DNA from: Paragordius varius
Taxonomy: Eukaryota > Animalia > Nematomorpha
DNA: 64,000 nt
Assembly: GCA_964247055.1 (NCBI GenBank)
Contig: OZ176053.1
Location: 13,268,001 to 13,332,000, forward strand
Reading direction: 5' to 3'
Under the pieces are notes generated by a model that was not told the DNA's origin, did not search any database, and saw only the letters and a program-made list of their open reading frames with translations. The translations under genes were made by a program, and so were the position numbers. Below, in pieces: positions 1 through 13,100 of this stretch (the stretch's first letter is position 1; the number at the start of each line of letters is the position of its first letter).

Positions 1-191
1 GTGACCAATATCCGATTTTTAAGGACAAAGTTTAACTTGAGTATTGATGCGACTTATTGATACGACTAGTTTTATACATAAATTTATCAAGTATCGTTGT
101 AAAAATCGGATATGAAAGAGTTTGTCAAACTATCTCTATTATTTGATGTAGTCCTACTAAGAGAATGTATAAAAAATAATTTTGTTCACCG

Positions 192-3100
192 GTGACCAAT
201 ATCCGATTTTTAAGGACAAAGTTTAACTTGAATATTGATGCGACTAGTTTAATACATTAATTTTTAAAGTATAGTTGTAAAAATCGGATATGAAAGAGTT
301 TGTCAAACTATCTCTATATTTTGATGTAGTCTTACTAAGAGAATGTATAAAAAATAATTTTGTTCACCGGTGACCAATATCCGATTTTTAAGGACAAAGT
401 TTAACTTGAGTATTGATGCGACTTATTGATACGACTAGTTTTATACATAAATTTATCAAGTATCGTTGTAAAAATCGGATATGAAAGAGTTTGTCAAACT
501 ATCTCTATTATTTGATGTAGTCCTACTAAGATAATGTATAAAAAATAATTTTGTTCACCGGTGACCAATATCCGATTTTTAAGGACAAAGTTTAACTTGA
601 ATATTGATGCGACTAGTTTAATACATTAATTTTTAAAGTATAGTTGTAAAAATCGGATATGAAAGAGTTTGTCAAACTATCTCTATATTTTGATGTAGTC
701 TTACTAAGAGAATGTATAAAAAATAATTTTGTTCACCGGTGACCAATATCCGATTTTTAAGGACAAAGTTTAACTTGAGTATTGATGCGACTAGTTTAAT
801 ACATTAATTTTTAAAGTATCGTTGTAAAAATCGGATATGAAAGAGTTTGTCAAACTATCTCTATATTTTGATGTAGTCTTACTAAGAGAATGTATAAAAA
901 ATTATTTTGTTCACCGGGGACCAATATCCGATTTTTAAGGACAAAGTTTAACTTGAGTAATCATGCGACTAATTTTATACATTAATTTTTAAAGTATTGT
1001 TGTAAAAATCGGATATGAAAGAGTTTGCCAAACTATCTCTATATTTATATGTAGTCCTACTAAGAGAATGTATAAAAAAAATTTTGTTCACCGGTGACCA
1101 ATATCCGATTTTTAAGGACAAAGTTTAACTTGAGTATTGATGCGACTTATTGATACGACTAGTTTAACACATTAATTTTTAAAGTATCGTTGTAAAAATC
1201 GGATATGAAAGAGTTTGTCAAAATATCTCTATATTTTGATGTAGTCTTGCTAAGAGAATGTATAAAAAATAATTTTGTTCACCGGTGACCAATATCCGAT
1301 TTTTAAGGACAAAGTTTAACTTGAGTATTGATGCGACTTATTGATACGACTAGTTTTATACATAAATTTATCAAGTATCGTTGTAAAAATCGGATATGAA
1401 AGAGTTTGTCAAACTATCTCTATTATTTGATGTAGTCCTACTAAGAGAATGTATAAAAAATAATTTTGTTCACCGGTGACCAATATCCGATTTTTAAGGA
1501 CAAAGTTTAACTTGAATATTGATGCGACTAGTTTAATACATTAATTTTTAAAGTATAGTTGTAAAAATCGGATATGAAAGAGTTTGTCAAACTATCTCTA
1601 TATTTTGATGTAGTCTTACTAAGAGAATGTATAAAAAATAATTTTGTTCACCGGTGACCAATATCCGATTTTTAAGGACAAAGTTTAACTTGAGTATTGA
1701 TACGATTTATTGATACGACTATTTTTATACCTTAATTTTTAAAGTATCGTTGTAAAAATCGGATATGAAAGAGTTTGTCAAACTATCTCTATATTTTGAT
1801 GTAGTCTTACTAAGAGAATGTATAAAAAATTATTTTGTTCACCGGGGACCAATATCCGATTTTTAAGGACAAAGTTTAACTTGAGTAATCATGCGACTAG
1901 TTTTATACATTAATTTTTAAAGTATTGTTGTAAAAATCGGATATGAAAGAGTTTGCCAAACTATCTCTATATTTATATGTAGTCCTACTAAGAGAATGTA
2001 TAAAAAAAATTTTGTTCACCGGTGACCAATATCCGATTTTTAAGGACAAAGTTTAACTTGAGTATCGATGCGACTTATTGATACGACTAGTTTAACACAT
2101 TAATTTTTAAAGTATCGTTGTAAAAATCGGATATGAAAGAGTTTGTCAAACTATCTCTATTATTTGATGTAGTCCTACTAAGAGAATGTATAAAAAATAA
2201 TTTTGTTCACCGGTGACCAATATCCGATTTTTAAGGACAAAGTTTAACTTGAATATTGATGCGACTAGTTTAATACATTACTTTTTAAAGTATAGTTGTA
2301 AAAATCGGATATGAAAGAGTTTGTCAAACTATCTCTATATTTTGATGTAGTCTTACTAAGAGAATGTATAAAAAATAATTTTGTTCACCGGTGACCAATA
2401 TCCGATTTTTAAGGACAAAGTTTAACTTGAGTATTGATGCGACTTATTGATACGACTAGTTTTATACATAAATTTATCAAGTATCGTTGTAAAAATCGGA
2501 TATGAAAGAGTTTGTCAAACTATCTCTATTATTTGATGTAGTCCTACTAAGAGAATGTATAAAAAATAATTTTGTTCACCGGTGACCAATATCCGATTTT
2601 TAAGGACAAAGTTTAACTTGAATATTGATGCGACTAATTTAATACATTAATTTTTAAAGTATAGTTGTAAAAATCGGATATGAAAGAGTTTGTCAAACTA
2701 TCTCTATATTTTGATGTAGTCTTACTAAGAGAATGTATAAAAAATAATTTTGTTCACCGGTGACCAATATCCGATTTTTAAGGACAAAGTTTAACTTGAG
2801 TATTGATGCGACTAGTTTAATACATTAATTTTTAAAGTATCGTTGTAAAAATCGGATATGAAAGAGTTTGTCAAACTATCTCTATATTTTGATGTAGTCT
2901 TACTAAGAGAATGTATAAAAAATTATTTTGTTCACCGGGGACCAATATCCGATTTTTAAGGACAAAGTTTAACTTGAGTAATCATGCGACTAGTTTTATA
3001 CATTAATTTTTAAAGTATTGTTGTAAAAATCGGATATGAAAGAGTTTGCCAAACTATCTCTATATTTATATGTAGTCCTACTAAGAGAATGTATAAAAAA

Positions 3101-4233
3101 AATTTTGTTCACCGGTGACCAATATCCGATTTTTAAGGACAAAGTTTAACTTGAGTATTGATGCGACTTATTGATACGACTAGTTTAACACATTAATTTT
3201 TAAAGTATCGTTGTAAAAATCGGATATGAAAGAGTTTGTCAAAATATCTCTATATTTTGATGTAGTCTTGCTAAGAGAATGTATAAAAAATAATTTTGTT
3301 CACCGGTGACCAATATCCGATTTTTAAGGACAAAGTTTAACTTGAGTATTGATGCGACTTATTGATACGACTAGTTTTATACATAAATTTATCAAGTATC
3401 GTTGTAAAAATCGGATATGAAAGAGTTTGTCAAACTATCTCTATTATTTGATGTAGTCCTACTAAGAGAATGTATAAAAAATAATTATGTTCACCGGTGA
3501 CCAATATCCGATTTTTAAGGACAAAGTTTAACTTGAATATTGATGCGACTAGTTTAATACATTAATTTTTAAAGTATAGTTGTAAAAATCGGATATGAAA
3601 GAGTTTGTCAAACTATCTCTATATTTTGATGTAGTCTTACTAAGAGAATGTATAAAAAATAATTTTGTTCACCGGTGACCAATATCCGATTTTTAAGGAC
3701 AAAGTTTAACTTGAGTATTGATACGATTTATTGATACGACTATTTTTATACATTAATTTTTAAAGTATCGTTGTAAAAATCGGATATGAAAGAGTTTGTC
3801 AAACTATCTCTATATTTTGATGTAGTCTTACTAAGAGAATGTATAAAAAATTATTTTGTTCACCGGGGACCAATATCCGATTTTTAAGGACAAAGTTTAA
3901 CTTGAGTAATCATGCGACTAGTTTTATACATTAATTTTTAAAGTATTGTTGTAAAAATCGGATATGAAAGAGTTTGCCAAACTATCTCTATATTTATATG
4001 TAGTCCTACTAAGAGAATGTATAAAAAAAATTTTGTTCACCGGTGACCAATATCCGATTTTTAAGGACAAAGTTTAACTTGAGTATCGATGCGACTTATT
4101 GATACGACTAGTTTAACACATTAATTTTTAAAGTATCGTTGTAAAAATCGGATATGAAAGAGTTTGTCAAACTATCTCTATTATTTGATGTAGTCTTGCT
4201 AAGAGAATGTATAAAAAATAATTTTGTTCACCG
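192..4233 (+). repeat. Higher-order repeat: 11-monomer unit of 2021 bp, two tandem copies
   Basis: The same order of diagnostic monomer types occurs at 192-2212 and 2213-4233, with matching starts offset by 2021 (370/2391, 917/2938, 1845/3866). Confidence 0.9.
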
Positions 4234-5707
4234 GTGACCAATATCCGATTTTTAAGGACAAAGTTTAACTTGAGTATTGATGCGACTAGTTTAATACATT
4301 AATTTTTAAAGTATCGTTGTAAAAATCGGATATGAAAGAGTTTGTCAAACTATCTCTATATTTTGATGTAGTCTTACTAAGAGAATGTATAAAAAATTAT
4401 TTTGTTCACCGGGGACCAATATCCGATTTTTAAGGACAAAGTTTAACTTGAGTAATCATGCGACTAGTTTTATACATTAATTTTTAAAGTATTGTTGTAA
4501 AAATCGGATATGAAAGAGTTTGCCAAACTATCTCTATATTTATATGTAGTCCTACTAAGAGAATGTATAAAAAAAATTTTGTTCACCGGTGACCAATATC
4601 CGATTTTTAAGGACAAAGTTTAACTTGAGTATTGATGCGACTTATTGATACGACTAGTTTAACACATTAATTTTTAAAGTATCGTTGTAAAAATCGGATA
4701 TGAAAGAGTTTGTCAAAATATCTCTATATTTTGATGTAGTCTTGCTAAGAGAATGTATAAAAAATAATTTTGTTCACCGGTGACCAATATCCGATTTTTA
4801 AGGACAAAGTTTAACTTGAGTATTGATGCGACTTATTGATACGACTAGTTTTATACATAAATTTATCAAGTATCGTTGTAAAAATCGGATATGAAAGAGT
4901 TTGTCAAACTATCTCTATTATTTGATGTAGTCCTACTAAGAGAATGTATAAAAAATAATTATGTTCACCGGTGACCAATATCCGATTTTTAAGGACAAAG
5001 TTTAACTTGAATATTGATGCGACTAGTTTAATACATTAATTTTTAAAGTATAGTTGTAAAAATCGGATATGAAAGAGTTTGTCAAACTATCTCTATATTT
5101 TGATGTAGTCTTACTAAGAGAATGTATAAAAAATAATTTTGTTCACCGGTGACCAATATCCGATTTTTAAGGACAAAGTTTAACTTGAGTATTGATACGA
5201 TTTATTGATACGACTATTTTTATACATTAATTTTTAAAGTATCGTTGTAAAAATCGGATATGAAAGAGTTTGTCAAACTATCTCTATATTTTGATGTAGT
5301 CTTACTAAGAGAATGTATAAAAAATTATTTTGTTCACCGGGGACCAATATCCGATTTTTAAGGACAAAGTTTAACTTGAGTAATCATGCGACTAGTTTTA
5401 TACATTAATTTTTAAAGTATTGTTGTAAAAATCGGATATGAAAGAGTTTGCCAAACTATCTCTATATTTATATGTAGTCCTACTAAGAGAATGTATAAAA
5501 AAAATTTTGTTCACCGGTGACCAATATCCGATTTTTAAGGACAAAGTTTAACTTGAGTATCGATGCGACTTATTGATACGACTAGTTTAACACATTAATT
5601 TTTAAAGTATCGTTGTAAAAATCGGATATGAAAGAGTTTGTCAAACTATCTCTATTATTTGATGTAGTCTTGCTAAGAGAATGTATAAAAAATTATTTTG
5701 TTCACCG
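2760..5707 (+). repeat. Higher-order repeat: 8-monomer unit of 1474 bp, two tandem copies (overlaps the 11-mer)
   Basis: Starts at 2760, 4234 and 5708. The private variant ATAATTATGTTCACC is present at about 3481 and 4955 but not in the equivalent monomer near 1460. Confidence 0.9.
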
Positions 5708-8700
5708 GTGACCAATATCCGATTTTTAAGGACAAAGTTTAACTTGAGTATTGATGCGACTAGTTTAATACATTAATTTTTAAAGTATCGTTGTAAAAAT
5801 CGGATATGAAAGAGTTTGTCAAACTATCTCTATATTTTGATGTAGTCTTACTATGAGAATGTATAAAAAATTTTGTTCACCGGGGACCAGTATCCGATTT
5901 TTAAGGACAAAGTTTAACTTGAGTATTGATGCGACTTATTGATACGACTAGTTTTATACATAAATTTATAAAGTATCGTTGTAAAAATCGGATATGAAAG
6001 AGTTTGTCAAACTATCTCTATTATTTGATGTAGTCCTACTAAGAGAATGTATAAAAAATAATTTTGTTCACCGGTGACCAATATCCGATTTTTAAGGACA
6101 AAGTTTAACTTGAGTATTGATGCGACTTATTGATACGACTAGTTTAACACATTAATTTTTAAAATATCGTTGTAAAAATCGGATATGAAAGAGTTTGTCA
6201 AAATATCTCTATATTTTGGTTGTAGTCTTGCTAAGAGAATGTATAAAAAATAATTTTGTTCACCGGTGACCAATATCCGATTTTTAAGGACAAAGTTTAA
6301 CTTGAGTATTGATGCGACTTATTGATACGACTAGTTTTATACATTAATTTATAAAGTATCGTTGTAAAAATCGGATATGAAAGAGTTTGTCAAACTATCT
6401 CTATTATTTGATGTAGTCCTACTAAGAGAATGTATAAAAAATAATTCTGTTCACCAGTGACTAATATCCGATTTTTAAGGACAAAGTTTAACTTGAGTAT
6501 TGATGCGACTTATTGATACGACTAGTTTAACACATTAATTTTTAAAGTATCGTTGTAAAAATCGGATATGAAAGAGTTTGTCAAACTATCTCTATATTTT
6601 GATGTAGTCTTACTAAGTGAATGTATAAAAAATAATTTTGTTCACCGGTGACCAATATCCGATTTTTAAGGACAAAGTTTAACTTGAGTATTGATGCGAC
6701 TAGTTTAATACATTAATTTTTAAAGTATCGTTGTAAAAATCGGATATGAAAGAGTTTGTCAAACTATCTCTATATTTTGATGTAGTCTTACTAAGAGAAT
6801 GTATAAAAAATTATTTTGTTCACCGGGGACCAATATCCGATTTTTAAGGACAAAGTTTAACTTGAGTAATCATGCGACTAGTTTTATACATTAATTTTTA
6901 AAGTATTGTTGTAAAAATCGGATATGAAAGAGTTTGCCAAACTATCTCTATATTTATGTGTAGTCCTACTAAGAGAATGTATAAAAAAAATTTTGTTCAC
7001 CGGTGACCAATATCCGATTTTTAAGGACAAAGTTTAACTTGAGTATTGATGCGACTTATTGATACGACTAGTTTAACACATTAATTTTTAAAGTATCGTT
7101 GTAAAAATCGGATATGAAAGAGTTTGTCAAAATATCTCTATATTTTGATGTAATCTTGCTAAGAGAATGTATAAAAAATAATTTTGTTCACCGGTGACCA
7201 ATATCCGATTTTTAAGGACAAAGTTTAACTTGAGTATTGATGCGACTTATTGATACGACTAGTTTTATACATAAATTTATCAAGTATCGTTGTAAAAATC
7301 GGATATGAAAGAGTTTGTCAAACTATCTCTATTATTTGATGTAGTCCTACTAAGAGAATGTATAAAAAATAATTTTGTTCACCGGTGACCAATATCCGAT
7401 TTTTAAGGACAAAGTTTAACTTGAATATTGATGCGACTAGTTTAATACATTAATTTTTAAAGTATAGTTGTAAAAATCGGATATGAAAGAGTTTGTCAAA
7501 CTATCTCTATATTTTGATGTAGTCTTACTAAGAGAATGTATAAAAAATAATTTTGTTCACCGGTGACCAATATCCGATTTTTAAGGACAAAGTTTAACTT
7601 GAGTATTGATACGATTTATTGATACGACTATTTTTATACATTAATTTTTAAAGTATCGTTGTAAAAATCGGATATGAAAGAGTTTGTCAAACTATCTCTA
7701 TATTTTGATGTAGTCTTACTAAGAGAATGTATAAAAAATTATTTTGTTCACCGGGGACCAATATCCGATTTTTAAGGACAAAGTTTAACTTGAGTAATCA
7801 TGCGACTAGTTTTATACATTAATTTTTAAAGTATTGTTGTAAAAATCGGATATGAAAGAGTTTGCCAAACTATCTCTATATTTATATGTAGTCCTACTAA
7901 GAGAATGTATAAAAAAAATTTTGTTCACCGGTGACCAATATCCGATTTTTAAGGACAAAGTTTAACTTGAGTATTGATGCGACTTATTGATACGACTAGT
8001 TTTATACATTAATTTATAAAGTATCGTTGTAAAAATCGGATATGAATGAGTTTGTCAAACTATCTCTATTATTTGATGTAGTCTTGCTAAGAGAATGTAT
8101 AAAAAATTATTTTGTTCACCGGTGACCAATATCCGATTTTTAAGGACAAAGTTTAACTTGAGTATTGATGCGACTAGTTTAATACATTAATTTTTAAAGT
8201 ATCGTTGTAAAAATCGGATATGAACGAGTTTGTCAAACTATCTCTATATTTTGATGTAGTCTTACTAAGAGAATGTATAAAAAATTATTTTGTTCACCGG
8301 GGACTAGTATCCGATTTTTAAGGACAAAGTTTAACTTGAGTATTGATGCGACTTATTTATACGACTAGTTTTATACATAAATTTATAAAGTATCGTTGTA
8401 AAAATCGGATATGAAAGAGTTTGTCAAACTATCTCTATTATTTGATGTAGTCCTACTAAGAGAATGTATAAAAAATAATTTTGTTCACCGGTGACCAATA
8501 TCCGATTTTTAAGGACAAAGTTTAACTTGAGTATTGATGCGACTTATTGATACGACTAGTTTTATACATAAATTTATAAAGTATCGTTGTAAAAATCGGA
8601 TATGAAAGAGTTTGTCAAACTATCTCTATTATTTGATGTAGTCCTACTAAGAGAATGTATAAAAAATAATTTTGTTCACCGGTGACCAATATCCGCTTTT

Positions 8701-10149
8701 TAAGGACAAATTTTAACTTGAATATTGATGCGACTAGTTTAATACATTAATTTTTAAAGTATAGTTGTAAAAATCGGATATGAAAGAGTTTGTCAAACTA
8801 TCTCTATATTTTGATGTAGTCTTACTAAGAGAATGTATAAAAAATTATTTTGTTCACCGGGGACCAATATCCGATTTTTAAGGATAAGTTTAACTTGAGT
8901 ATTGATGCGACTTATTGATACGACTAGTTTTATACATTAATTTATAAAGTATCGTTGTAAAAATCGGATATGAAAGAGTTTGTCAAACTATCTCTATTAT
9001 TTGATGTAGTCTTACTAAGAGAATGTATAAAAAATAATTTTGTTCACCGGTGACCAATATCCGATTTTTAAGGACAAAGTTTAACTTGAGTATTGATGGG
9101 ACTAGTTTAATACATTAATTTTTAAAGTATCGTTGTAAAAATCGGATATGGAAAGAGTTTGTCAAACTATCTCTATATTTTAATGTAGTCTTACTAAGAG
9201 AATGTATAAAAAATTATTTTGTTCACCGGTGACCAATATCCGATTTTTAAGGACAAAGTTTAACTTCAGTATTGATGCGACTTATTGATACGATTAGTTT
9301 TATACATTAATTTATAAAGTATTGTTGTAATAATCGGATATGAAAGAGTTTGTCAAACTATCTCTATTATTTGATGTAGTCTTGCTAAGAGAATGTATAA
9401 AAAATTATTTTGTTCACCGGTGACCAATATCCGATTTTTAAGGACAAAGTTTAACTTGAGTATTGATGCGACTAGTTTAATACATTAATTTTTAAAGTAT
9501 CGTTGTAAAAATCGGATATGGAAAGAGTTTGTCAAACTATCTCTATATTTTGATGTAGTCTTACTAAGAGAATGTATAAAAAATTATTTTATTCACCGGT
9601 GACCAATATCCGATTTTTAAGGACAAAGTTTAACTTGAGTATTGATGCGACTTATTGATACGATTAGTTTTATACATTAATTTATAAAGTATTGTTGTAA
9701 TAATCGGATATGAAAGAGTTTGTCAAACTATCTCTATATTTTGATGTAGTCATACTAAGAGAATGTATAAAAAATAATTTTGTTCACCGGTGACCAATAT
9801 CCGATTTTTAAGGACAAAGTTTAACTTGAGTATTGATACGATTTATTGATACGACTAGTTTTATACATTAATTTTTAAAGTATTGTTGTAAAAATCGGAT
9901 ATGAAAGAGTTTGTCAAACTATCTCTATATTTTGATGTAGTCTTACTAAGAGAATGTATAAAAAATAATTTTGTTCACCGGTGACCAATATCCGATTTTT
10001 AAGGACAAAGTTTAACTTGAGTATTGATGCGACTAGTTTAACACATTAATTTTTAAAGTATCGTTGTAAAAATCGGATATGAAAGAGTTTGTCAAACTAT
10101 CTCTATATTTTGATGTAGTCTTACAAAGAGAATGTATAAAAAATTATTT

Positions 10150-13100
10150 TGTTCACCGGGGACCAATATCCGATTTTTAAGGACAAAGTTTAACTTGAGT
10201 ATTGATGCGACTTATTGATACGACTAGTTTTATACATTAATTTATAAAGTATCGTTGTAAAAATCGGATATGAAAGAGTTTGTCAAACTATCTCTATTAT
10301 TTGATGTAGTCTTGCTAAGAGAATGTAAAAAAAATTATTTTGTTCACCGGTGACCAATATCCGATTTTTAAGGACAAAGTTTAACTTGAGTATTGATGCG
10401 ACTAGTTTAATACCATAATTTAAAAAGTATCGTTGTACAATCCGGATATGAAAGAGTTTGTCAAACTATCTCTATATTTTGATGTAGTCTTACTAAGAGA
10501 ATGTATAAAAAATTATTTTGTTCACCGGTGACCAATATCCGATTTTTAAGGACAAAGAACTTCAGTATTGATGCGACTTATTGATACGATTAGTTTTATA
10601 CATTAATTTATAAAGTATTATTGTAATAATCGGATATGAAAGAGTTTGTCAAACTATCTCTATTATTTGATGTAGTCTTGCTAAGAGAATGTATAAAAAA
10701 TTATTTTGTTCACCGGTGACCAATATCCGATTTTTAAGGACAAAGTTTAACTTGAGTATTGATGCGACTAGTTTAATACATTAATTTTTAAAGTATCGTT
10801 GTAAAAATCGGATATGGAAAGAGTTTGTCAAACTATCTCTATATTTTGATGTAGTCTTACTAAGAGAATGTATAAAAAATTATTTTGTTCACCGGTGACC
10901 AATATCCGATTTTTAAGGACAAAGTTTAACTTGAGTATTGATGCGACTTATTGATACGATTAGTTTTATACATTAATTTATAAAGTATTGTTTTAATAAT
11001 CGGATATGAAAGAGTTTTTCAAACTATCTCTATATTTTGATGTAGTCTTACTAAGAGAATGTATAAAAAATAATTTTGTTCACCGGTGACCAATATCCGA
11101 TTTTTAAGGACAAAGTTTAACTTGAGTATTGATGCGACTAGTTTAACACATTAATTTTTAAAGTATCGTTGTAAAAATCGGATATGAAAGAGTTTGTCAA
11201 ACTATCTCTATATTTTGATGTAGTCTTACTAAGAGAATGTATAAAAAATAATTTTGTTCACCGGTGACCAATATCCGATTTTTAAGGACAAAGTTTAACT
11301 TGAGTATTGATACGATTTATTGATACGACTAGTTTTATACATTAATTTTTAAAGTATCGTTGTAAAAATCGGATATGAAAGAGTTTGTCAAACTATCTCT
11401 ATATTTTGATGTAGTCTTACTAAGAGAATGTATAAAAAATAATTTTGTTCACCGGTGACCAATATCCGATTTTTAAGGACAAAGTTTAACTTGAGTATTG
11501 ATGCGACTAGTTTAACACATTAATTTTTAAAGTATCGTTGTAAAAATCGGATATGAAAGAGTTTGTCAAACTATCTCTATATTTTGATGTAGTCTTACTA
11601 AGAGAATGTTTAAAAAATTATTTTGTTCACCGGGGACCAATATCCGATTTTTAAGGACAAAGTTTAACTTGAGTAATCATGCGACTAATTTTATACATTA
11701 ATTTTTAAAGTATTGTTGTAAAAATCGGATATGAAAGAGTTTGCCAAACTATCTCTATATTTATATGTAGTCCTACTAAGAGAATGTATAAAAAAAATTT
11801 TGTTCACCGGTGACCAATATCCGATTTTTAAGGACAAAGTTTAACTTGAGTATTGATGCGACTTATTGATACGACTAGTTTTATACATTAATTTATAAAG
11901 TATCGTTGTAAAAATCGGATATGAAAGAGTTTGTCAAACTATCTCTATTATTTGATGTAGTCTTGCTAAAAGAATGTATAAAAAATTATTTTGTTCACCG
12001 GTGACCAATATCCGATTTTTAAGGACAAAGTTTAACTTGAGTATTGATGCGACTAGTTTAATACATTAATTTTTAAAGTATCGTTGTAAAAATCGGATAT
12101 GAAAGAGTTTGTCAAACTATCTCTATATTTTGATGTAGTCTTACTAAGAGAATGTATAAAAAATTATTTTGTTCACCGGGGACCAGTATCCGATTTTTAA
12201 GGACAAAGTTTAACTTGAGTATTGATACGATTTATTGATACGACTAGTTTTATACATTAATTTTTAAAGTATCGTTGTAAAAATCGGATATGAAAGAGTT
12301 TGTCAAACTATCTCTATATTTTGATGTAGTCTTGCTAAGAGAATGTATAAAAAATTATTTTGTTCACCGGTGACCAATATCCGATTTTTAAGGACAAAGT
12401 TTAACTTGAGTATTGATGCGACTAGTTTAATACATTAATTTTTAAAGTATCGTTGTAAAAATCGGATATGAAAGAGTTTGTCAAACTATCTCTATATTTT
12501 GATGTAGTCTTGCTAAGAGAATGTATAAAAAATTATTTTGTTCACCGGTGACCAATATCCGATTTTTAAGGACAAAGTTTAACTTGAGTATTGATGCGAC
12601 TAGTTTAATACATTAATTTTTAAAGTATCGTTGTAAAAATCGGATATGGAAAGAGTTTGTCAAACTATCTCTATATTTTGATGTAGTCTTACTAAGAGAA
12701 TGTATAAAAAATTATGTTCACCGGTGACCAATATCCGATTTTTAAGGACAAAGTTTAACTTGAGTATTGATGCGACTTATTGATACGATTAGTTTTATAC
12801 ATTAATTTATAAAGTATTGTTGTAATAATCGGATATGAAAGAGTTTGTCAAACTATCTCTATATTTTGATGTAGTCTTACTAAGAGAATGTATAAAAAAT
12901 AATTTTGTTCACCGGTGACCAATATCCGATTTTTAAGGACAAAGTTTAACTTGAGTATTGATACGATTTATTGATACGACTAGTTTTATACATTAATTTT
13001 TAAAGTATCGTTGTAAAAATCGGATATGAAAGAGTTTGTCAAACTATCTCTATATTTTGATGTAGTCTTACTAAGAGAATGTATAAAAAATAATTTTGTT

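Noticed and set aside
8-113. Intact MITE or transposon insertion defined by the 14 bp inverted repeat
   Set aside because: There is no target-site duplication, no unique flanking sequence and no transposase. It is kept only as a hypothesis for the origin of the monomer.
1-191. Canonical CENP-B box (NTTCGNNNNANNCGGGN)
   Set aside because: The consensus has no TTCG...CGGG match on either strand.
192-369. Identity with Arabidopsis CEN178 or primate alpha satellite, based on monomer length
   Set aside because: Only the length is similar. I recognise no sequence similarity, and there is no AAGCTT HindIII site in the consensus. Monomers of 150-190 bp are common because of nucleosome size. A database search is needed to name the family.
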